Shown one piece after another: positions 8,856 to 16,221 of a DNA stretch of 32,000 bases. The notes under the pieces were generated by a model. It did no database searches. It was not told the DNA's origin and saw only the letters and a list, made by a program, of their open reading frames with translations. Made by a program: the position numbers and the translations under genes. Source of the DNA: Chlamydiales bacterium (GTDB lineage: Bacteria; Chlamydiota; Chlamydiia; Chlamydiales; SM23-39); NCBI GenBank assembly GCA_965261025.1, contig OZ253438.1:120001-152000 (forward strand). The letters are read 5' to 3'. Numbering within the stretch: the first letter of the stretch is position 1; each line of letters opens with the position of its first letter.

Positions 8856-8883
8856 ATTGTAGCAAAAAACCATTTGGGGTCAA
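8856..8883 (-). promoter_or_regulatory. Near-consensus sigma-70/66-type promoter for the mla-aro unit
   Basis: On the minus strand I read TTGACC (8883-8878), a 16-nt spacer ending in TGC (extended -10 TGn), then TACAAT (8861-8856). It lies about 20 nt upstream of the mlaE-like ATG and directly after the terminator hairpin. Confidence 0.5.
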
Positions 8884-8886
8884 AAG

Positions 8887-8922
8887 AAAAGAGGGTCCGT
8901 AAAATCTAAAGGACCCTCTTTT
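8887..8922 (-). terminator. Rho-independent terminator closing the tamA-tamB-trio unit
   Basis: A perfect 12-bp stem, AAAAGAGGGTCC (8887-8898) with GGACCCTCTTTT (8911-8922), encloses a 12-nt loop. On the minus strand the stem is followed by TTCTTTTG. It starts 33 nt after the stop at 8955. Confidence 0.72.
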
Positions 8923-8954
8923 AGGTATGATTAGCAGGAAGAGTAGAAGATAAC

Positions 8955-9410
8955 TTAGACTCTAGGAATATTATTTGCCATCTGCCGAACTTGCTCGATG
9001 AGGTGCTGCAAGGTCCTTCTATTTTCGTCTGATTCTGTATCTATATTCCTCTGCTCTATTCGGGTTAGCTCAAGCTCTCCTTGGGATTTCTGTTGAGAGG
9101 GCTGGAGAAGAAGCTTAGAAGGTATATTTTCCATCCTACTTGCTAAATTTATGTAGACCTCTGCTTTATTTAGATCCATTTGATGATAGAGAAAATAAGA
9201 TACAACAGCTACAGAAAGGGCTGCTGTAAAGATACTAGCTATCCCTTCTTTTCTCATAGAGGAAGCTATATTTTCATGATATTCAGTAGAAGCGCTTTTT
9301 AGAGCCCTTTGCTTTGCTGTAGTACTAAGTAGCCCTCTTTGGTAGAGAACCTGTTGCTTTTCAAGAGCGTCTTGCACCCTTAAAGAAATTAGGGATTGTT
9401 CATTTGCCAT
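8955..9410 (-). CDS. Hypothetical single-pass membrane protein (151 aa)
   Basis: The preferred start is the ATG at 9410 (MANEQSLISL), with AGGAG 6 nt upstream. The track's start at 9497 would overlap the upstream gene by 65 nt. There is one central TM (GIASIFTAALSVAVVSYFLY) with charged helical flanks. I recognise no family. Confidence 0.6.
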   Translation of the reverse strand: MANEQSLISLRVQDALEKQQVLYQRGLLSTTAKQRALKSASTEYHENIASSMRKEGIASIFTAALSVAVVSYFLYHQMDLNKAEVYINLASRMENIPSKLLLQPSQQKSQGELELTRIEQRNIDTESDENRRTLQHLIEQVRQMANNIPRV

Positions 9411-9432
9411 TTTTTTCTCCTGGTAAAATAGG

Positions 9433-10188
9433 TTAAATGGGTGTAGCTGCGTAAAAGGGAAGTTGCAGCTCTGCACACCGCGCATTAATTTCTGCAAGAA
9501 TTCTAAGAAGACTATGCTCTACTTGGTTTGTCTTAGTAATATCGCTATAGGCTCCTCTTTCCTTAGAATAGACGCGCCTTAGCTGATCTTCATACAAAGT
9601 GGAATGCGCTTCTTTCTTTTTTGTCTTATATCTATTTTCTCCTCGCAAAACAGACAGGCAACCGTCCGCTACCACGAGCGCTTTTTGCAGGGTCCCTACG
9701 AAAGAGCCAAAAAGAGAGCCTGTCTTAAAGGAACTTAATAAAGAAGAGCCTAGATAGATTCCTGAGGGGATAGATAGGAGCATCTCAGTAGAAAAAGCGA
9801 ACTTTTTTGCAAGAGGCTCAGAAGCGAAATAGGTGTAGAAAGTCTCCCATCCCTGAAAGTGTTTTATCGCTTCATGAACAACAACAGCTACTGCAACGGC
9901 ATTAGGAACCACCCCTGCAGTAGTTCCGATTAAGGAAACAGCTGAAGAAAGGTTTATAAAAGTTGTCAGGGAAGAAAAGCAACGTCCCCAAGTAGAAAGC
10001 GTTTTTTTCCGTGACTCTAACGAATGAAGGCTGTCATTCAACTCATTCAGCTCTCTTTCCAGGCGTGCCTTTTCCGTAGCGGCCTTGGTAGCGGCCTTTT
10101 CTGAGAGATTGAAAAAACCGTTAGAGAGATCCGTATTTCTTGAGACTACTTCAGAAAATCTATAATGAGCTGCCGAAAAAGAACCCAT
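9433..10188 (-). CDS. Hypothetical membrane protein with coiled coil and two hydrophobic regions (251 aa)
   Basis: A coiled-coil-like stretch lies at about aa 30-62 (EKAATKAATEKARLERELNELNDSLHSLESRKK). Hydrophobic region 1 is at aa 71-105 (LTTFINLSSAVSLIGTTAGVVPNAVAVAVVVH, split by Pro-Asn). Hydrophobic, Gly/Ser-rich region 2 is at aa 136-181. There is a C-terminal amphipathic helix and no N-terminal signal peptide. Confidence 0.65.
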   Translation of the reverse strand: MGSFSAAHYRFSEVVSRNTDLSNGFFNLSEKAATKAATEKARLERELNELNDSLHSLESRKKTLSTWGRCFSSLTTFINLSSAVSLIGTTAGVVPNAVAVAVVVHEAIKHFQGWETFYTYFASEPLAKKFAFSTEMLLSIPSGIYLGSSLLSSFKTGSLFGSFVGTLQKALVVADGCLSVLRGENRYKTKKKEAHSTLYEDQLRRVYSKERGAYSDITKTNQVEHSLLRILAEINARCAELQLPFYAATPI

Positions 10189-10192
10189 ATGT

Positions 10193-10699
10193 CTATCTTG
10201 TTCTCTGATTTATTCGTGAAATGTGATCGTCATATCTTTGCACAAGCTTAATAAACATATTAAAAATCAAGTTGGTAAGCTCTTGCAAGGAACTTATCTT
10301 AGTAGTGCTTACCTGATTTTTGGAAGAGAGAATCTCATAAAAAGTTTTGAGGTTTCCTTGTAGCTTCTCTATTCGTTTTTCTATCTCTTCCTTAGGATAG
10401 ACTTTTCCCTCTTCGAGCTCTATAGGAGAAAGATCCAGCTCTAAGTCCTTACTTCGTAGGTCTTGTTGGACTTTTTCATAAAGCATTTTCAGCTCTTGAA
10501 ACTCTGGGCTCTCTAACGTTATGGATTCTTGCGCTATCGGAGAATGGTTTAAAAGTCTTTGCAAATCTGCCATATTTTGCTGGGTTTGACTTACCTCATC
10601 CAGCAAGGTATGAATTTTCTGATTATGGTAGTCGTGTATGTTAGGAAAGTCCTTTCCAAATAGAGAAGGAAATCCCCCTAAAGCATTAAGCTCACCCAT
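10193..10699 (-). CDS. Hypothetical acidic, helical/coiled-coil protein (168 aa)
   Basis: GGGAG lies 7 nt upstream of the ATG at 10699. The protein is Q/E/L/K-rich with heptad-like stretches and has no TM or signal peptide. Its stop is 4 nt from the next start. Confidence 0.65.
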   Translation of the reverse strand: MGELNALGGFPSLFGKDFPNIHDYHNQKIHTLLDEVSQTQQNMADLQRLLNHSPIAQESITLESPEFQELKMLYEKVQQDLRSKDLELDLSPIELEEGKVYPKEEIEKRIEKLQGNLKTFYEILSSKNQVSTTKISSLQELTNLIFNMFIKLVQRYDDHISRINQRTR

Positions 10700-10784
10700 A
10701 TAAAAACTCCCTTTTTTTACCTCTTACAAAGAGATCCATTTTAGGAAAAAGAAAAGATAAAATACTAGGGAATTATTTTTTGAA

Positions 10785-13700
10785 TTAATAGTTCTTATTC
10801 CATTTAAGACTGAACTTTCCTTGCTCTTGTTCTACTAGGGCTTCTGCTTGGAATATAAACCCGTGAGTCAGATCCACTTCTACGCTTACATTAGAGGTGG
10901 AAGGAGCAGCTCCCTGGCTTACCGAGAATAAAATTCCTTTGGCTAAATATTTTCCTACTTGTAAAGCGGGAACCGTTTCTCCTTCTACTGAAGAAGTAGA
11001 AACGACAGCTAAACGATCAATTCCTAATTTTTTCTTGGTAAGGCTGAAAATATCGGGGCCTTGGCCTGATAGGCTAGCTGCTGTGGCAGCAAGTTGTGCC
11101 ACTTGCAAAGGAGAAATTTCAGAGATGTCTTGTCCAAAGATGAGGTAAGATAAGATAGCACTTACAGGAAGAGGAGGTAAAGAACGAAAAGTGAGATGGG
11201 GCCCATTAATTTTCCCTCTTAAAGAAGCTATCACGGTAATGCCGCTTTCTTGCAAAGAGGCAGACAGGTCTATGTAAGGAAGGTCTGAAGGCTTCCCAGT
11301 AAATGTGAGGAGACCTTGGTTTAGCTCAAATTTTTTCCCTGCAAAGAGAAAATCTCCCCGCACAATTTTTACACTTCCTTTGGTTTGTATGTCATTGTAG
11401 GTTCCTCCAATGGCAAATTTTCCAGTCCACTCTGAGGTAAGGCCTCTTCCTTCTAAAAAGATAGTTTCAGGAGCATTTACCTGAAGCTTTAGGTAAAGAG
11501 GATAGGCTGGTTTCGTTTCATAAAACACCTTTTGTACTTTTGGGTGCTGGGTTGCATGAATGTAGGTTATAGGAATAGAAGGAATAAAGGTAGGAAGTGT
11601 TTCCGGAATGGTAAAGTCGGCCTCAGTTACTTCAATATTTCCAAAGGCAATACCTCTGGTTTTATCCCCTTTGACCTGGACAGAGCCATTTGCTTTTGCC
11701 CTTACAAGATCGATATTTACCATCTCTAATTCGGAAAACTTTGCCTCAAACCAGTAAGGAAATTTTTGTGTTATATCTAGATCAATTCTCCCTTGAGCAG
11801 AAAACTTTCCTTTATCCAAATCCTTTCCTTCTGCTTTGGTTAAAATAAGCTTTCCTTTTTTTGCTTCGAATAAAGCCTTTATTTCTTCTAAGCGAGCCCC
11901 CGTGTAGTAGTTTTCGTAAAGCCCTTTTTGAAAGGCTAGGGATCCTTCTAAATGAGGGTTTTTTTTAGTTCCATCCATTTTAATAAAGCAGTCAGCTTCC
12001 CCCTTGATTCTATGGGGACCAAAATTAAGGTAATCTAAAACTTCTTCTACTTTGCCCTGGTAGGAAAATTCTGCGAATAAGGGGCTATGCTCTGGTATTT
12101 CATAGGAAAAAGGAAAAAGCTGTACCTCCATAGGAGCATTTAGAAAAAGAGAGGTTTTCCCCTTTTGTCCCATAAAAAGCTCTCCTGCAAAGGAAAAAGC
12201 CCTTCCTTCTAGATGGGAATCAAAAGTACCTTCTAGGTTCAGCGGATTTTTTTCTCCAAGGTCGATCAAAGAAGCCTTCTCTACTACGGCTTTTAAAGAG
12301 CCCGTATTTTGTTTTTTCCTGCGAACAAACTGTAGATCTAAAGACAAGATTCCTTCTACCGTAATATCAAAAGGATTAAAAGAGAGAAAGTCCATAGGGA
12401 ACTGATCCATTTTCAAGGCAAGAGAACCTTCTTGAGGTTTTAGATCTGCTTCACAAAAGAACGAGGCTTTTGCTAGGTTTAGCTTAAAAGGAGTTAAAGA
12501 AAGATGGGAAGGTTCTGAAGTGAAGGTAACAGGTTTTACAAAAGAAATAGGAGTATTAAAGAGATAACCAGAAAGACCTTGTAGATCCACAGTGAGAAGA
12601 GAAGGTTTTTTTAGCCAAAATCCTTCTGCCTTCATAAAAATATCTTTTTCCCCACGTATTTCTAAGAAGAAAGGCCATTTTTCCCCCTGGGTATTTGTCG
12701 CAAAAGAAAGGGAATCCAGCTCTAACCCCGAAATATGTACTGTCTGTAAATAAGAATGCCCTTCTAGGTAAGGTTTTGTGTCAAGATTTGCTATTTTAGC
12801 CTCGAAAGTTCCTTGTACGAAGTGCAAAGGACTCATAAAAAGATCAAAAGCATCTGCTTTTATATATATTTGTTGCTTATTCTTCTCTTTTACAAGGGTA
12901 AGCTCTCCTTCTGCACTTCCAAATAGGGGATAGTTCGGGAAGAAAGGCTCTAGTCGAGAGAGATCTTGGACAGAAAAGTGGTTTTTCCCTAGAAACCACT
13001 TCTGATCTTGTATAGACAGCTCTCCTTCAAGCCGCAAAAAGGGAGTAGAAATAAAAAGATCTTTAAAATGCAGAAAGCAGAAAGAAGTATGATCAATTTC
13101 GCTAGAAGTGCTCCATTCATTATCAAAAAGTTCTGCTTCTCCTTCTACTTGGGAAAAGGATTTTTCTTCCGAGAAAATAGAAGTTGCCTTCCATTTCATT
13201 TTGGAAAAAGGATAGTGGCCAAGCTCTAGTTCTTGGGTATGCAAAATAGAAGAGAGCCAGTATTTTTTTCCCTTCTTTTGCATAGAAGCATCCAGGGAAA
13301 TTTTCCCTTTTAACGGAAAAGAAAAAGGATTAGAAGAGGCTAGATCTTGGCTTTTTACAAAAAGGTGAATGGTATCTAGCTCACCCTTTTCTTGGAGTTT
13401 TGCAGAGCCTTCTATAGTAAAGTTAGGATTGAGTAGAGAAAAAAAAGAAATATCCGAGGAAAAGTCGTTGTATATGGTAAAGGTCAGATTTTGATTCCAG
13501 GGAGCTATAAGATAAGAATCTAAAAGAAAGGGCTTAGGAAATTTTAGGCAACTTATCTCTCCCCAGAGTTTTCCTTGAAGTGCTTTTTTGGGGGAAGAGG
13601 GAGAAAAAAAGCCTTTAAAATCTTCCCAGCTTCCGTTGAGTTCTAATTTAGAAGCGCTTTTTATAGGGAAAGTAAAAGGGATCAAAGGAGAAAAGGCCTC

Positions 13701-14327
13701 TAGCTGATCTAGCTGAATAGAGGCTTGTAACGAAGTTTCTTGTTTTTTTTCTGAATAAAAAGAGGCTTCGATGATGCTTTGTGCAAAGCCTTCTCGATAC
13801 AATTTGATTTTGGCTTTTACTCTTTCAAAAAGTTTTCCAATTTGTAAGCGGCCTGAGATATTCCAAGGAATCTCTTTTAAAGGAGAAAAAAAAAGTTCTT
13901 TTGCTTTAAAGGACTTGAAAGTAAGTCGGACAGAAAAATTTTCTTCAAAAGAGGCTCCTTTTTGGGGAGGAGGAAAATTTTCAGGATAAAGGATTGCTTT
14001 ATCTATCCAAAAATCATGAAAAGCCAGTTCTTTTCGAAGAATTCTCCAAAGATAAGGGCGAAAATAGACGGTCTTTGCCTCCAGCAGAGTCTTTTCTTTA
14101 TGAGTCATTTTTACTCCCTGCAAATTCCAAACAAAAGGGAGAAGCCCTCCCATATCCTCAAAAGAAAGGTTCCATTTTTCTCTTTGTAAAGTCTTGTTAA
14201 AAGAGCGCAAAAAAAGTTCTCTTCCATAACGAGTTTGAAAAAAGAAGGTAAGAAAGGAGGTGAATACAACAAAAGAGATAGTCCCATAGATAAAGATCCT
14301 ATAGAAAATAAATCCTTTTCCTCTCAC
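10785..14327 (-). CDS. tamB: Translocation and assembly module subunit TamB-like (DUF490 family, 1180 aa, GTG start)
   Basis: There is an N-terminal membrane anchor (IFIYGTISFVVFTSFLTFFF) and a long beta-rich body. The DUF490-type C-terminus reads LQVGKYLAKGILFSVSQG...VEVDLTHGFIFQAEAL...GKFSLKWNKNY. The gene lies directly downstream of the Omp85-family gene. AAGGA lies about 7 nt upstream of the GTG. Confidence 0.85.
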   Translation of the reverse strand: MRGKGFIFYRIFIYGTISFVVFTSFLTFFFQTRYGRELFLRSFNKTLQREKWNLSFEDMGGLLPFVWNLQGVKMTHKEKTLLEAKTVYFRPYLWRILRKELAFHDFWIDKAILYPENFPPPQKGASFEENFSVRLTFKSFKAKELFFSPLKEIPWNISGRLQIGKLFERVKAKIKLYREGFAQSIIEASFYSEKKQETSLQASIQLDQLEAFSPLIPFTFPIKSASKLELNGSWEDFKGFFSPSSPKKALQGKLWGEISCLKFPKPFLLDSYLIAPWNQNLTFTIYNDFSSDISFFSLLNPNFTIEGSAKLQEKGELDTIHLFVKSQDLASSNPFSFPLKGKISLDASMQKKGKKYWLSSILHTQELELGHYPFSKMKWKATSIFSEEKSFSQVEGEAELFDNEWSTSSEIDHTSFCFLHFKDLFISTPFLRLEGELSIQDQKWFLGKNHFSVQDLSRLEPFFPNYPLFGSAEGELTLVKEKNKQQIYIKADAFDLFMSPLHFVQGTFEAKIANLDTKPYLEGHSYLQTVHISGLELDSLSFATNTQGEKWPFFLEIRGEKDIFMKAEGFWLKKPSLLTVDLQGLSGYLFNTPISFVKPVTFTSEPSHLSLTPFKLNLAKASFFCEADLKPQEGSLALKMDQFPMDFLSFNPFDITVEGILSLDLQFVRRKKQNTGSLKAVVEKASLIDLGEKNPLNLEGTFDSHLEGRAFSFAGELFMGQKGKTSLFLNAPMEVQLFPFSYEIPEHSPLFAEFSYQGKVEEVLDYLNFGPHRIKGEADCFIKMDGTKKNPHLEGSLAFQKGLYENYYTGARLEEIKALFEAKKGKLILTKAEGKDLDKGKFSAQGRIDLDITQKFPYWFEAKFSELEMVNIDLVRAKANGSVQVKGDKTRGIAFGNIEVTEADFTIPETLPTFIPSIPITYIHATQHPKVQKVFYETKPAYPLYLKLQVNAPETIFLEGRGLTSEWTGKFAIGGTYNDIQTKGSVKIVRGDFLFAGKKFELNQGLLTFTGKPSDLPYIDLSASLQESGITVIASLRGKINGPHLTFRSLPPLPVSAILSYLIFGQDISEISPLQVAQLAATAASLSGQGPDIFSLTKKKLGIDRLAVVSTSSVEGETVPALQVGKYLAKGILFSVSQGAAPSTSNVSVEVDLTHGFIFQAEALVEQEQGKFSLKWNKNY

Positions 14328-14371
14328 ACTGTTTCCTTGGTAATTTTTTTTTCAAACATACGTATCTTTTT

Positions 14372-16168
14372 TTAAAAAGTCTGCCCTATGCTTACATAAA
14401 CTCGAAAATGGGGGTCAAATAGTTTCCCTCCTATGTGCCTTGGATTTATAGGAAATCCTATATCCATTCGTAAAGGACCAAAAAAGGTAAAATAGCGAAC
14501 TCCAACTCCTGCTGATTTATACCATAAAGAAAAAGGATTTGGATAAGAACTAGCCGTTACCGTTCCCAAGTCACAAAAGCCTATGCATCCAAAAGACTCA
14601 GAAATTCGGTAGCGAAGCTCTACCGAATTTAATAAATACGACTTTCCCCCTTCGGGATTCTCTTTTTCATTTAGTGGGCTTACTGTTTTAAATTTAAATC
14701 CCCGTAAGTCATTATCGGAGCCTCCAAAGAATCGTTTGGGAAGAGGAATACCTCTTAATGGAGAACCTAACAGGGAACCAAATTGAGTTTTTAAAGCAAG
14801 AACTAGTTTTCCCTTTTTCTGTATGGGGATATAACCGGAGAGCCAAAGAGTTTCTTTGTAGAAGCCCGAAGGCTTTTCAAAAAGCTTGTGGTAGTAGGTA
14901 GATTTGTAGCTTGCAATAAATCCTTCTGTAGGATCTAAAAGGTTTTTCACTCTTGAGTAGCGCCAAAAAAAGGGTAGCCCTAGAAGGTCTGTTTTTTCAT
15001 TTTGGATACTTTCCTTGACAATCAAGTGTTCTGCTTTGATGCCTAATGTTAAAAAATGGCGATTCCCCCACTTTCTTTCCACTTGAGAAAGTAGTTCGTA
15101 GTCTAAAGAAGTGTATACGGTGATATGTTCTCTAGAGAGTTCTACTTTGGAAAGAAGATCTTGATTGACTCGGATAAAATCGGGAATTTTATAGGAGAGG
15201 CTTCCTTGAGAATATACTTTTGCATAGAACCCATCCAAAATGATTTGCTGTCCTTTGCCTAGAAAATTACGATGAGTCCATCCGAAATTAACACCGGGTC
15301 CATTTATTGTAGCATAGCTTACCCCAAGGGAAAGGCTTCTCGGTTTTAACTCAGTAAAACGCATTTTTATGGGAAGATTTCCCTCTTTATCCGGTTTTTC
15401 TGGATGGGAAATTAAAACAGAGCTAAAAAGATCCGTAGCAATCAAATTATTTTGGGTGTTTTCTACGAGATTTTCTGAATAGATTTCTCCCTCTTTCCAA
15501 AGAATTTTATCTAATACAAACGCAAGATCTACTTTTTTCAATCCTTCTAGGATCAAAGGGCCGAATCGGCAAAGGGCCCCTTTGTCTAAGCAAAGATCTA
15601 CTTGAAGGGTTTTTTTCGCAACATCTGCTACAAAGTTTTCTTTTTGAATAGAGGCTAAAGGATATCCTCTGCAAGCAAGCTCTTTCAAAAGAAGAGTTCT
15701 TGAATGTAAAAGAGTTTCTGCTTGGTTTGGTTTTTCTAAGGTAACCCCCAGTCTGGAAAGCGAGATTTTTTCCGTCTTTAAGCAAAGAACTTCTTTGCAG
15801 TTTTCTAAAAAGATCTGATAAGAGTCTAAAATGTATTTAGGTCCTGGATGAATGAAAACATAGACCAAAAGAGAGCCTTCTTCTTCTTCAATGTCTGAAG
15901 TAATATAAGCATCATAGTAAGAATTGGCGTGCAAGATCTTCAGCATAGTAGGGATATCAGATTGAGTACGATATCGAAGCGCGTTTACAGAAGCAGGAGG
16001 TTTTTTTCTCAATATAACAAGGTTCGAGTTTTTCTCTATTTCTCGTAAAACTTTCGTATCTTTTAGTCCAAGGAAAATAGGTTTATAAGAGAGAACATCT
16101 GCGGGTAAAGGAGTGGGTAAAAAAGAAAGTGCCAAAAAAAAGAAAATCGGTACAATCCGGGGGGTCAT
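14372..16168 (-). CDS. tamA: Omp85-family outer-membrane protein, TamA-like (598 aa)
   Basis: There is a signal peptide (MTPRIVPIFFFLALSFLPTPLPA) and a POTRA-like N-terminal region. The Omp85 barrel motifs are FFGGSDNDLRGFKF and the terminal VYVSIGQTF (C-terminal Phe). Its size and pairing with a DUF490 gene favour TamA over BamA. Confidence 0.85.
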   Translation of the reverse strand: MTPRIVPIFFFLALSFLPTPLPADVLSYKPIFLGLKDTKVLREIEKNSNLVILRKKPPASVNALRYRTQSDIPTMLKILHANSYYDAYITSDIEEEEGSLLVYVFIHPGPKYILDSYQIFLENCKEVLCLKTEKISLSRLGVTLEKPNQAETLLHSRTLLLKELACRGYPLASIQKENFVADVAKKTLQVDLCLDKGALCRFGPLILEGLKKVDLAFVLDKILWKEGEIYSENLVENTQNNLIATDLFSSVLISHPEKPDKEGNLPIKMRFTELKPRSLSLGVSYATINGPGVNFGWTHRNFLGKGQQIILDGFYAKVYSQGSLSYKIPDFIRVNQDLLSKVELSREHITVYTSLDYELLSQVERKWGNRHFLTLGIKAEHLIVKESIQNEKTDLLGLPFFWRYSRVKNLLDPTEGFIASYKSTYYHKLFEKPSGFYKETLWLSGYIPIQKKGKLVLALKTQFGSLLGSPLRGIPLPKRFFGGSDNDLRGFKFKTVSPLNEKENPEGGKSYLLNSVELRYRISESFGCIGFCDLGTVTASSYPNPFSLWYKSAGVGVRYFTFFGPLRMDIGFPINPRHIGGKLFDPHFRVYVSIGQTF

Positions 16169-16221
16169 AAGGTCCTTTTTTTTCCTTTTACCCGAATTTT
16201 TTTTTTAAAGGGAGCATTTGT

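Noticed and set aside
8836-8883. Longer start for the MlaE-like permease
   Set aside because: It would begin within the predicted -35 hexamer. The ATG at 8835 has an SD and matches the length of MlaE family proteins.
9411-9497. Longer start for the 151-aa membrane protein
   Set aside because: It would overlap the upstream gene by 65 nt. The ATG at 9410 has AGGAG at ideal spacing.
10897-15785. Six short plus-strand ORFs inside tamB (10897-11148, 11532-11729, 13008-13229, 13771-13989, 13962-14189, 13994-14200) and a minus-strand frame-shifted ORF inside tamA (15507-15785)
   Set aside because: They are shadow ORFs within long genes whose family features are clear. None has a convincing SD or a recognisable motif.
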